A stretch of DNA of 55,493 nt, from the NCBI GenBank assembly GCA_017507715.1, contig JAFWAK010000091.1, forward strand, positions 1-55,493, read 5' to 3'. The DNA is from Paludibacteraceae bacterium (GTDB lineage Bacteria > Bacteroidota > Bacteroidia > Bacteroidales > Paludibacteraceae). Positions 44,400-52,675 of the stretch are shown piece by piece. Made by a program: the position numbers and the translations under genes. Positions within the stretch are counted from its first letter, which is position 1. Every line of letters starts with the position of its first letter. Under the pieces are notes generated by a model. It ran no database searches. It had not been told where the DNA came from and was given only the letters and a program-made list of their open reading frames with translations.

Positions 44400-46395
44400 T
44401 ATCATATTACCGTTAGCCATCCGAGATTGTTATACCTATAGCGTCCCGGATGGTTTGTCTATACCCGCACCGGGCACACGTGTCATCGTGCCGCTTATGA
44501 AAAAAGAGGTGCGTGGAATAGTCTTGCGAGAGCATACCGAACCTATTGACGAAGCGTTTGCTTCCAAAATCAAACCTATCCTGTCCGTCAGTGATACGGC
44601 GCCTGCTGTGTCGCCCGGGCAGTTGGCTCTATGGCAATGGATGAGTTCCTATTATATGTGCCCATTAGGCGATGTAATGGCTGCGGCTTTGCCTGCCGGA
44701 CTGGATAAACGCCTGCTTAATCCGCCCAAACGCCGTCGTGCGCATATAGCGCCTTACACGGGACCTATAGAACCCATGCACGCGTTATCACCCGCACAAT
44801 CCAAAACCGTCGTTTCCATCGGTACTTTTTGGTCGTCCGGCAAGAATATCGTGCTGCTGCATGGTGTCACTTCGTCCGGCAAGACCGATATCTATATTCA
44901 TCTGATTCAGTCGCAACTGCAGCAGGGGAAGAATGTGCTCTACCTCGTACCCGAGATAGCACTGACTACCCAACTGACTTCGCGTCTGCAGCGTATCTTC
45001 GGTGATAAACTGACGGTCTATCACAGTCGTTTTACGGACGCAGAGCGTGAGGACCTCTATCTTGCTTCCGCGCGGACAGAACCGCATGTAGTCATTGGAG
45101 CCCGTAGTGCCGTTTTTTTACCGATTCCCAACATCGGTTTGATTATTGTGGATGAGGAGCATGATTCCAGTTACAAGCAGGCAGAGCCTAATCCGCGTTA
45201 TCATGCGCGTGCTGCGGCTATCGTGCTGGCGAAGGAGCATCAGGCCAAGGTGCTTCTGGGAACCGCTACACCTTCTCTCGAGTCCTATTATCTGGCGTTG
45301 AAAGGTACGTATGGACTGGTCACACTCACCGAGCGTTTCGGGGGTGCTGAACTGCCAGATATCACCTTGGTGGATCTCAAGCGTCAGTACGAGCGGAAGG
45401 AGATGGACGGCCATTTCAGCGACCCGCTTATCGAGCGTATCCGGCAGTGTCTGGCTGACCGCAAACAGGTCATCCTCTTCCAGAACCGGCGCGGCTATGC
45501 GCCGCAGATACAGTGCGTCCAATGCGCTCAACCGCCGCGCTGTATCCAATGTGACGTACCAATGACGCTCCATATGCGTGCCCATGAACTGCGTTGTCAT
45601 TACTGCGGCTATCATGCACCCATTCCGGCTGTCTGCCCGCAGTGTGGCGGCGAATACAAGACCATCGGTTTCGGTACCGAGCGTATCGAAGATGAGATAC
45701 AGACGCTTTTCCCCGAGGCACGTGTGTTGCGTATGGACCTCGATACCACGCGAAACAAATCCGCTTATCAGGATATCATCAATGCCTTTGCCAACCATGA
45801 ATGCGACATCCTCGTCGGTACGCAGATGGTCACCAAAGGCCTCCATTTCGATGATGTGCGACTGGTAGCGGTACTCAATGCCGACCCGCTTTTTAATCAA
45901 CCCGACTTCCGGGCATACGAGCGCGCCTACCAGATGCTGGAGCAGGTGGCTGGACGTGCCGGACGAAAAGGTACCAAGGGAGAAGTATTCATCTAGACCT
46001 TCGATACGGCCAATGTTGTATTTGAGATGGTGCGAAACCATGACTACAAAGCCCTCTACGACCATCAAATAGCTGAACGGCAACTATTCAACTACCCGCC
46101 GTTCTATCGGGTTATCCGTCTGCAACTGCGTGACCATAACGGCGTACGGGTGCATCAGGTGGCTACTCAACTCCAGACCTATCTGGCGCGTATCTTTGGT
46201 CCACGGGTGTCAGGTGTTATCATCCCTTCCGTAGAGCGCGTGCAGGCTTATACCTTGCGAGAACTGACGCTGCGTGTTGAGCAGAGGGCGAATATCGCCG
46301 AAGCCAAACGCCGACTCAAAGAGGCAATCGACTATATCTTCTCGATTCCATCGAATAAAAATACGAATTTAATAATAGACGTAGATCCGCTATGA
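44386..46395 (+). pseudogene. priA: Primosomal protein N' / replication restart helicase PriA, interrupted by an in-frame TAG (45994-45996) and lacking a canonical start
   Basis: Walker A GVTSSGKTD, DEEH, a Cys4/Cys4 zinc region and QVAGRAGRKG. Track ORFs 44455..45996 and 46027..46395 share one frame. The conserved N-terminus (VDIILPL...YTYSVP) lies upstream of the first TTG, so the 5' end is uncertain (CTG 44386?). Confidence 0.75.
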
Positions 46396-47339
46396 TAAAC
46401 AAAATCCAACGCCGAGTGGCGTATATCAATGAGATGATTGAATCCGGTCATGCCGCTGAGCTGGTGGCAATGGGTGAACAGTATCATGCCAAGCAGTTAT
46501 CACGTATCGCACGGGCTATCTGCAAACGACCGAACGTGCGTGTGGTGCTCATATGCGGTCCCAGTTCGAGTGGCAAGACCAGTACGAGTCATCGTCTGTG
46601 TCTGGAGTTACTGGCGCAGGGCAAACAGCCGGTGGCGTTATCGTTGGATAACTGGTATCTGAATGGAGAAAATATCCCGCTGGATGAGCATGGCAAACGG
46701 GATGACGAGTCTGTGTATGCACTGGATATTCGCCAGTTTGAAGAAGATCTCAAGGCGCTTATCGCCGGAAAGGAAATAGCGCTGCCTACCTTCAATTTCC
46801 CCAAGGAGAAACGGGAGTACTTGGGCGATACGCTGCAACTGGAATCCGATTCCATCTTGGTGATAGAGGGGATTCATGCACTGAACCCGATTTTGACGGA
46901 GCATATTGATGCGGCATGTAAATATAAGATCTATGCAGCGCCGATGAGTCCGGTGTCATTGGATGGACATAAATGGGTGCCGACGCATGTGCATCGTTTG
47001 CTGCGTCGTATGAGTCGTGATCTGCGTACACGTGGCAAGAGTCCGCAGCAGACCATCGCCAACTGGCCTTCGGTTCGGAAGGGAGAGAAACAATGGATTG
47101 AACCGTTCAAGAAAGTAGCTGACGCGCGCTTTGACACCTCGATGTTGTACGAACTGCCGGCTATCCGTTATACGGTAGAAACGGCGTTGCAGACCGTGCC
47201 GGCTGCGGCAGATGAGTATAAGATTGCAGCCCAGTTGCTGTTTTACCTCTCTTTCTTTGAAGGACTGGAGGCTTCGTATATCCCGCGTACCTCTATCTTG
47301 CGCGAATTCATCGGCGGAAGCCAGTTCAATGTAGGCTAA
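46392..47339 (+). CDS. Uridine kinase/phosphoribulokinase-family P-loop nucleoside kinase-like protein
   Basis: P-loop CGPSSSGKTSTS. Shares an ATGA overlap with the priA stop. Confidence 0.65.
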   Translation: MINKIQRRVAYINEMIESGHAAELVAMGEQYHAKQLSRIARAICKRPNVRVVLICGPSSSGKTSTSHRLCLELLAQGKQPVALSLDNWYLNGENIPLDEHGKRDDESVYALDIRQFEEDLKALIAGKEIALPTFNFPKEKREYLGDTLQLESDSILVIEGIHALNPILTEHIDAACKYKIYAAPMSPVSLDGHKWVPTHVHRLLRRMSRDLRTRGKSPQQTIANWPSVRKGEKQWIEPFKKVADARFDTSMLYELPAIRYTVETALQTVPAAADEYKIAAQLLFYLSFFEGLEASYIPRTSILREFIGGSQFNVG

Positions 47340-47391
47340 TTTGCACTTTTTTCTCGAAAAAATGCAGAAAAGTGCTAAAAAATTTGGTCAA

Positions 47392-47423
47392 TTCAAAAAA
47401 AAGCAGTACTTTTGCACCCGCTT
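47392..47423 (+). promoter_or_regulatory. tRNA-Met promoter module
   Basis: TCAAAAAAAAGCAGTACTTTTGCACCCGCTTT, with the -7 box at 47407-14. It is identical to the tRNA-Pro module. Confidence 0.55.
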
Positions 47424-47465
47424 TCGTTAGAAAGTGCCCTTTTTGGGGCCGCGCTGACGCGCGAA

Positions 47466-47539
47466 GGCGGGATAGCTCAGCTGGTTAGAGCGCATGATTC
47501 ATAATCATGAGGTCCCCAGTTCAATCCTGGGTCCCGCTA
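47466..47539 (+). tRNA. tRNA with CAT anticodon (elongator Met most likely; Ile2/lysidine not excluded)
   Basis: Hand-folded: GGCGGGA-TA-GCTC-AGCTGGTTA-GAGC-G-CATGA-TTCATAA-TCATG-AGGTC-CCCAG-TTCAATC-CTGGG-TCCCGCT-A. The anticodon stem lacks the GGG/CCC of initiator tRNA. It has a G1:U72 wobble. Confidence 0.85.
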
Positions 47540-47540
47540 C

Positions 47541-47567
47541 AAAAACCACTCTTACGGGTGGTTTTTT
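47541..47567 (+). terminator. Rho-independent terminator after tRNA-Met
   Basis: AAAAACCAC-tcttacgg-GTGGTTTTTTG. Confidence 0.7.
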
Positions 47568-47570
47568 GTT

Positions 47571-47660
47571 TGATTATGAATCATGAGGTCCCAAGTTCTT
47601 ATCTCACTACGTTCGAACGATTATGGTGTTACACCATTTTCAATCCTGGGTCCCGCTACA
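47571..47660 (+). other. Degenerate duplicate of the 3' half of tRNA-Met, with a ~39-nt insertion in the T-loop
   Basis: TGATTATGAATCATGAGGTCCCAAGTTC + [39 nt] + TTCAATCCTGGGTCCCGCTACA, compared with TGATTCATAATCATGAGGTCCCCAGTTCAATCCTGGGTCCCGCTACA in the intact gene. There is no 5' acceptor or D arm. Confidence 0.8.
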
Positions 47661-47687
47661 AAACGTCCTTTGGGGCGTTTTTTGTTT
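47661..47687 (+). terminator. Second terminator-like hairpin after the tRNA fragment
   Basis: AAAACGTCC-tttg-GGGCGTTTTTTG. Confidence 0.6.
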
Positions 47688-47736
47688 ATGTAAACCCTAA
47701 ACTTTCAACGATAAACTAAAAAAGCTTGCTTTTTTC

Positions 47737-47767
47737 TTGCATATGTCAAAAAAAAGCAGTAAATTTG
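47737..47767 (+). promoter_or_regulatory. Bacteroidota-type promoter for the ior cluster
   Basis: cTTGCATATGTCAAAAAAAAGCAGTAAATTTGCAC. Confidence 0.5.
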
Positions 47768-47793
47768 CACCGCAAATTATAAACACATATATC

Positions 47794-49395
47794 ATGAAAC
47801 ACTTATTGTTAGGCGATGAGGCTATAGCGCAGGGTGCTATCGATGCCGGACTGAGTGGCGTCTATGCCTATCCGGGTACCCCATCTACCGAGATTACTGA
47901 GTACATCCAATTGGCGGAAGCCAAACAGCCGCGCGGTATCCATTGCCGTTGGGCGGCGAACGAGAAGACAGCCATGGAGGCAGCCTTGGGTATGTCGTAC
48001 ATGGGCAAACGTGCGCTGGTCTGCATGAAGCATGTGGGCATGAACGTATGCGCCGATGCTTTTATGAACGCGGCTATCACGGGTGTCAACGGCGGACTGA
48101 TAGTACTGGCAGCGGATGACCCGTCCATGCACTCCTCTCAGAACGAGCAGGACTCCCGTTTCTATGCCAAGTTCGCGATGATTCCCTGTCTGGAGCCGGG
48201 TAACCAGCAGGAGGCTTACGACATGATGGCCTATGGCTATGCCTTGAGTGAGAAACTGAAGACGCCTGTCCTCATGCGTGTCACGACGCGTATGGCGCAT
48301 AGCCGTGCCGTAGTGGAGACGGTGGACAAGTCCATGGAGCAGAATGCGATGTCAATGCCAGAGAATGTGAATCATTTCATTCTCCTGCCTGCATTTGCCA
48401 AGCGTAACTATGCAGAACTGGTAGCGGCGCAACCTACCTTTGTGACGGAGAGTAACACGGCCGGACATAATGTCTATACCCGTGGTGCCAAACCTGAGAA
48501 GGCTATCGTCACCACCGGTATCGCGTATAATTACCTCATGGAGAATTACGATCCGGCAATGGGTTGCTCCATCCTGCGCATAACCCAGTATCCGCTGCCA
48601 ACAGCATTAATAGAGCAGATGGTGCAAGACGGTGCAAAAGAGATATTGGTTATCGAAGAGGGTCAGCCGGTAGTGGAAGAGTTGATCCGCGGCATGGTGC
48701 CTTCAAATATCGTTATCAAAGGTCGTCTGACGGGCGATCTGCCCCGTATGGGCGAACTGACGCCGGATAGTGTTCGTCTAGCCCTCGGTCTGGCGGCTCT
48801 GCCGACCCATGAGCCGGAAGCGATAGTCGTCGGTCGTCCGCCTGCACTCTGTCAGGGTTGCGGTCATCGCGATATGTATGCTGCCCTCAATGAGGTGGCG
48901 CGTGAGTATCCGAACCCGCGTATCTTTGGAGATATCGGATGTTATACCTTAGGCGCCCTCTCACCCTTTCATGCCATCCACGCTTGCGTCGAGATGGGTG
49001 CGTCCGTGACGATGGCTAAGGGTGCTGCCGATGCAGGCCAGCATCCGGCGATAGCCGTCATAGGTGATAGTACGTTTACCCATTCGGGCATGACCGGTTT
49101 GTTGGACTGCGTCAATGCTAATGCTAACGTAGTTGTCCTCATCTCCGATAACCTTACCACCGGTATGACCGGAGGACAGGATTCCGCCGGTACGGGCCGA
49201 CTCGAGCAGATTTGCTATGGCGTGGGTGTGCCGCAAGAGCATGTGCGTGTCGTAGTGCCGCTGCCGAAGAATATGGAAGAGATCAAACAGGTGCTCCGCG
49301 AGGAGATTGACTATCCGGGTACATCCGTCGTCATCGCCCGCCGTGAGTGCATCCAGACATTGAAACGTCACCTTAAAGCCGCTAAGAAACAATGA
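47794..49395 (+). CDS. iorA: Indolepyruvate:ferredoxin oxidoreductase alpha subunit
   Basis: MKHLLLGDEAIAQGAIDAG..GVYAYPGTPSTEI and the TPP motif GDSTFTHSG. Start set to ATG 47794, downstream of the promoter. Confidence 0.9.
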   Translation: MKHLLLGDEAIAQGAIDAGLSGVYAYPGTPSTEITEYIQLAEAKQPRGIHCRWAANEKTAMEAALGMSYMGKRALVCMKHVGMNVCADAFMNAAITGVNGGLIVLAADDPSMHSSQNEQDSRFYAKFAMIPCLEPGNQQEAYDMMAYGYALSEKLKTPVLMRVTTRMAHSRAVVETVDKSMEQNAMSMPENVNHFILLPAFAKRNYAELVAAQPTFVTESNTAGHNVYTRGAKPEKAIVTTGIAYNYLMENYDPAMGCSILRITQYPLPTALIEQMVQDGAKEILVIEEGQPVVEELIRGMVPSNIVIKGRLTGDLPRMGELTPDSVRLALGLAALPTHEPEAIVVGRPPALCQGCGHRDMYAALNEVAREYPNPRIFGDIGCYTLGALSPFHAIHACVEMGASVTMAKGAADAGQHPAIAVIGDSTFTHSGMTGLLDCVNANANVVVLISDNLTTGMTGGQDSAGTGRLEQICYGVGVPQEHVRVVVPLPKNMEEIKQVLREEIDYPGTSVVIARRECIQTLKRHLKAAKKQ

Positions 49396-49976
49396 AAAAA
49401 GATATTATTTTAGCCGGTGTGGGAGGACAGGGTATCCTCTCCATCGCTACCGTCATCGGTGAAGCCGCACTGCAAGAGGGGCTCTATCTCAAGCAGGCCG
49501 AAGTACACGGAATGTCACAACGTGGCGGAGACGTGCAGTCGAACTTGCGTCTCTCGTCCGAACCCATCATGAGTGACTTGATAGCCAAGGGTGGAGCAGA
49601 TCTTATCATCTCGCTCGAACCGATGGAGGCGCTTCGCTATATGGAGTACCTCAATCCGGACGGATGGATTGTCACCTCGTGCGTGCCGTTCCTTAACATC
49701 CCGAATTATCCGGAGCTGGAGCAGGTTCTGGATCGTATCCGTGCACACAAGAATCATGTGCTGCTCGATGTGGAGACGCTCGCCAAAGAGGCAGGCGCAC
49801 CCGCTCAGGCAGCGAACATGGTGCTGCTCGGTGCCGCCATACCGATGCTCGGTATCGACTATGATAAAATGGTGGCCGGCGTGGCACGTGTCTTTGCTCG
49901 CAAAGGCGAAACAGTCGTAAATACCAATTTAGCTGCTGTAGAAGCAGGATATAACTATGCGCTTTCCGTTAGATAA
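49392..49976 (+). CDS. iorB: Indolepyruvate:ferredoxin oxidoreductase beta subunit
   Basis: 194 aa with GVGGQGIL. Shares an ATGA overlap with iorA. Confidence 0.88.
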   Translation: MKKDIILAGVGGQGILSIATVIGEAALQEGLYLKQAEVHGMSQRGGDVQSNLRLSSEPIMSDLIAKGGADLIISLEPMEALRYMEYLNPDGWIVTSCVPFLNIPNYPELEQVLDRIRAHKNHVLLDVETLAKEAGAPAQAANMVLLGAAIPMLGIDYDKMVAGVARVFARKGETVVNTNLAAVEAGYNYALSVR

Positions 49977-51315
49977 ACATATTGTTGACTCTATATGCCG
50001 GCAGTTCGGCTTGCGTAACTTCCACGAACTGGGTAATGCCAGTATCCGTCAGTTGGCGGGTGTGGTTAAGAATATCGAGCAGGCCACCGGTGTAGAGTAT
50101 GTCAACATGGCCTTGGGCGAACCGGGTTTGCCGGCGTCCGAGATAGGTATCGAAGCCGAACATCAGGCGCTGCTCAAAGGTTGTGCGTCCCATTATCCCA
50201 TCATCATCGGTATTCCTGAAGTGAAGAAATGGGGGTCGGAGTTCGTGCGTGCTTTCGTCAACCTCCCGCGTCCGCCCGAGTGCATCTTGCCTACCGTCGG
50301 TTCGATGCAGGCTGCTTTTGCGCTCAATATGATGCTTATTCAGTTGCAGCCCGAGAAAGATACGATTCTCTTCCTCGATCCCTGTTTCCCGGTGCAGAAG
50401 ATGCAGTGTCATGTCATCGGCAGTTGTATAGACGCCTTCGATATAGCCGATTTCCGGGGTGCCAAACTGCGTGACGAGCTGGAGAAGCATCTCAAGAGCG
50501 GACGTATCGCAGGCATCCTCTTCAGTAACCCCAACAACCCGACCTGGTCGTGTCTTACGGACGAAGAGTTGCGTATCATCGGCGAACTGGCTACGCAGTA
50601 TGATGCTATCGTACTCGAAGATCTGGCATACCTCAATATGGACTTCCGTGACCCCGATCGCGGACATCCGTATGCTGAACCGTACCAGCCTTCCGTAGGT
50701 CATTACACGCATAACTGTATTCAACTCATCTCGTGCTCGAAGATCTTCAGTTATGCCGGTCAGCGTGCTGCGTTCGTGGCCATCGATCCGGTATTGGCCA
50801 AACGTGTCTATCCGGCGCTGGGTGAGCGACTCCATAACAACGGCGAACTGCTGCAGAGTTTTGCATATACTTTTCTCTATGTCCTCTCAAGCGGCGTGTG
50901 CCACTCCGTACAATATGGTATGGCGGCCATGCTGCAGGCGGCTTGCGAAGGCAAACTGCGCTATGTGGATAACACGCGGGAGTACGCGCGCAGGGCGCAT
51001 AAGATAAAGGAGATAATGCAGCGGAATGGTTTTCATATCGTCTATGATACCGATGCCGACGGACAGGAAGTGGGAGACGGCTTCTTCTTCACGTTCGGTT
51101 ATAAAGACTGGTCGGGTGCCAAGTTGGTGAATAAACTCATTTACTATGGCATATCGGCTATCTCGCTGGAGAGTACCGGTGCCAAACGTGACGGTATGCG
51201 TGGTTGTGCTTCGTCTATTCGAGAAGACCAGTACGAGCAGTTGGAAGAACGCTTGCGTAAGTTCAACGAAGATTTTTCTCAATACGATCCCTATGACCCC
51301 AGTGAAATACGTTAG
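49957..51315 (+). CDS. PLP-dependent aminotransferase (class I/II)
   Basis: NPNNPT, and the PLP-Lys motif SCSKIFSYAGQR. Ends in TAG. Confidence 0.8.
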   Translation: MRFPLDKHIVDSICRQFGLRNFHELGNASIRQLAGVVKNIEQATGVEYVNMALGEPGLPASEIGIEAEHQALLKGCASHYPIIIGIPEVKKWGSEFVRAFVNLPRPPECILPTVGSMQAAFALNMMLIQLQPEKDTILFLDPCFPVQKMQCHVIGSCIDAFDIADFRGAKLRDELEKHLKSGRIAGILFSNPNNPTWSCLTDEELRIIGELATQYDAIVLEDLAYLNMDFRDPDRGHPYAEPYQPSVGHYTHNCIQLISCSKIFSYAGQRAAFVAIDPVLAKRVYPALGERLHNNGELLQSFAYTFLYVLSSGVCHSVQYGMAAMLQAACEGKLRYVDNTREYARRAHKIKEIMQRNGFHIVYDTDADGQEVGDGFFFTFGYKDWSGAKLVNKLIYYGISAISLESTGAKRDGMRGCASSIREDQYEQLEERLRKFNEDFSQYDPYDPSEIR

Positions 51316-52594
51316 TCCCGCTGAGGCGGTGAGCCATGTGCGTTCCGGCGACACGATTGTCGTGCAAGGTAGCACCAGTATCCCTACCGTGCTGCTTAAT
51401 GCGCTTACCGAGCGCGCAGCCGAATTGCGTGATGTCAAACTCATCTCGGGTTTCGGCGTTCATCCGGACGATGCTCCGTATGCCAAACGTGAGTTGATGG
51501 ATTCTTTCCGTGCGCTCTCTATCTTTGTGCCTAATACGCTTCGTAAGGCGATGCGGGAGGGCGTGGCCGATACCATTCCTGCTTTCTTGGGCGAAGTGCC
51601 TTTCCTCTTCCGCAGCCGGCAGATACCGGTGGATGTGACCTTCTTGCAGGTCAGTGAACCCGATGAGGATGGCTATTGCTCCTATGGCATCTCTGCCGAT
51701 ATCGCATTCTCGGGTGCCGAGTGCTCCAGAGATATCATCGCGCAGGTCAATAAATACATGCCGCGTACGTTCGGAGACCCCGTTATTCATGTCAGCAAAC
51801 TCACGGCTATGTGCCGCGGTGATATACCCTTGGTGGAAGTGCCGACACCCGTGCCCAACGAGATAGAGACGAAGATTGGCAATAACGTAGCCTCGCAGAT
51901 TCCCGATGGCGCAACGCTTCAGATAGGTGTCGGAGGTATTCCCAATGCGGTCATCAATGCCTTGCGTAATCATCAGCATCTGGGACTTCACACAGAGGCT
52001 ATCACAGATGGCGTACTCCCGCTTATCGAAAGCGGTGTCATTGATAACAGCCTCAAGAAAGTACTGCCCGGCAAGTCGGTCGGCAGTCTGATACTGGGTT
52101 CCCGTCATCTGTATGATTATGTCGATGGCAACAGGGATTTTGTCATTCGTGATGTAGCATGGACCAATGACCCGCAGATCATCCGGCAGAACCCGAAAGC
52201 GATGGCCATCAACTCGGCTGTCGAGGTGGACCTGACCGGACAAATTTGTGCCGATTCCATCGGAGAAACGATTATCTCCGGCGTGGGTGGGCAGCATGAT
52301 TTTATGTATGGTGCCGCATTGTCGGAAGGCGGTAAATGCTTCATTGCCTTGCCGAGTATGACCAATAAGGGCAAATCAAAGATAGTGGCGCGTTTGGCAC
52401 CGGGTGCCGGTGTTGTGACGACTCGTTTCCAAGCTCAGTATATCGCTACCGAGCATGGTATCGTCTATCTGCGTAACCTGCCGTTGGCCGACCGTGCCAA
52501 AGCGCTTATCAGCATCGCCGACCCTTCTGTTCGGGAAGACCTCGAGCGTGCAGCCGTTGAGCGCTTCGGACTCGGATTCCTCCGCCTCAAATAA
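51293..52594 (+). CDS. Acetyl-CoA hydrolase/transferase family protein (4-hydroxybutyrate / butyryl-CoA:acetate CoA-transferase-like)
   Basis: 433 aa from ATG 51293. G.GG.P (IGVGGIPNA) and GVGGQHDF motifs. It overlaps the aminotransferase gene by 23 nt. Confidence 0.82.
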   Translation: MTPVKYVSPAEAVSHVRSGDTIVVQGSTSIPTVLLNALTERAAELRDVKLISGFGVHPDDAPYAKRELMDSFRALSIFVPNTLRKAMREGVADTIPAFLGEVPFLFRSRQIPVDVTFLQVSEPDEDGYCSYGISADIAFSGAECSRDIIAQVNKYMPRTFGDPVIHVSKLTAMCRGDIPLVEVPTPVPNEIETKIGNNVASQIPDGATLQIGVGGIPNAVINALRNHQHLGLHTEAITDGVLPLIESGVIDNSLKKVLPGKSVGSLILGSRHLYDYVDGNRDFVIRDVAWTNDPQIIRQNPKAMAINSAVEVDLTGQICADSIGETIISGVGGQHDFMYGAALSEGGKCFIALPSMTNKGKSKIVARLAPGAGVVTTRFQAQYIATEHGIVYLRNLPLADRAKALISIADPSVREDLERAAVERFGLGFLRLK

Positions 52595-52623
52595 ACAATA
52601 TAAACTTTCTACACTTTATAAAC

Positions 52624-52655
52624 AAAAGAGAGACGCACCTGCGCCTCTCTTTTTA
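52624..52655. terminator. Bidirectional rho-independent terminator (convergent CoA-transferase and metG)
   Basis: AAAAGAGAGACGC-acct-GCGCCTCTCTTTTT. The stem has one mismatch and there are T-runs on both strands. Confidence 0.75.
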
Positions 52656-52675
52656 TACACCATACACTTACACCA

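Noticed and set aside
45994-45996. Idea that TAG is recoded to Gln genome-wide, as in some Bacteroidales-infecting phages.
   Set aside because: TAG appears to be a genuine stop for the aminotransferase (51313-51315) and for the 110-aa ORF (20659-20661). All other genes end in TAA or TGA at the expected positions. A local nonsense mutation, sequencing error or readthrough is more parsimonious.
47507-47719. Track ORF of 70 aa on the plus strand.
   Set aside because: It is made from the 3' end of tRNA-Met, its terminator and the duplicated tRNA fragment, so it is not coding.
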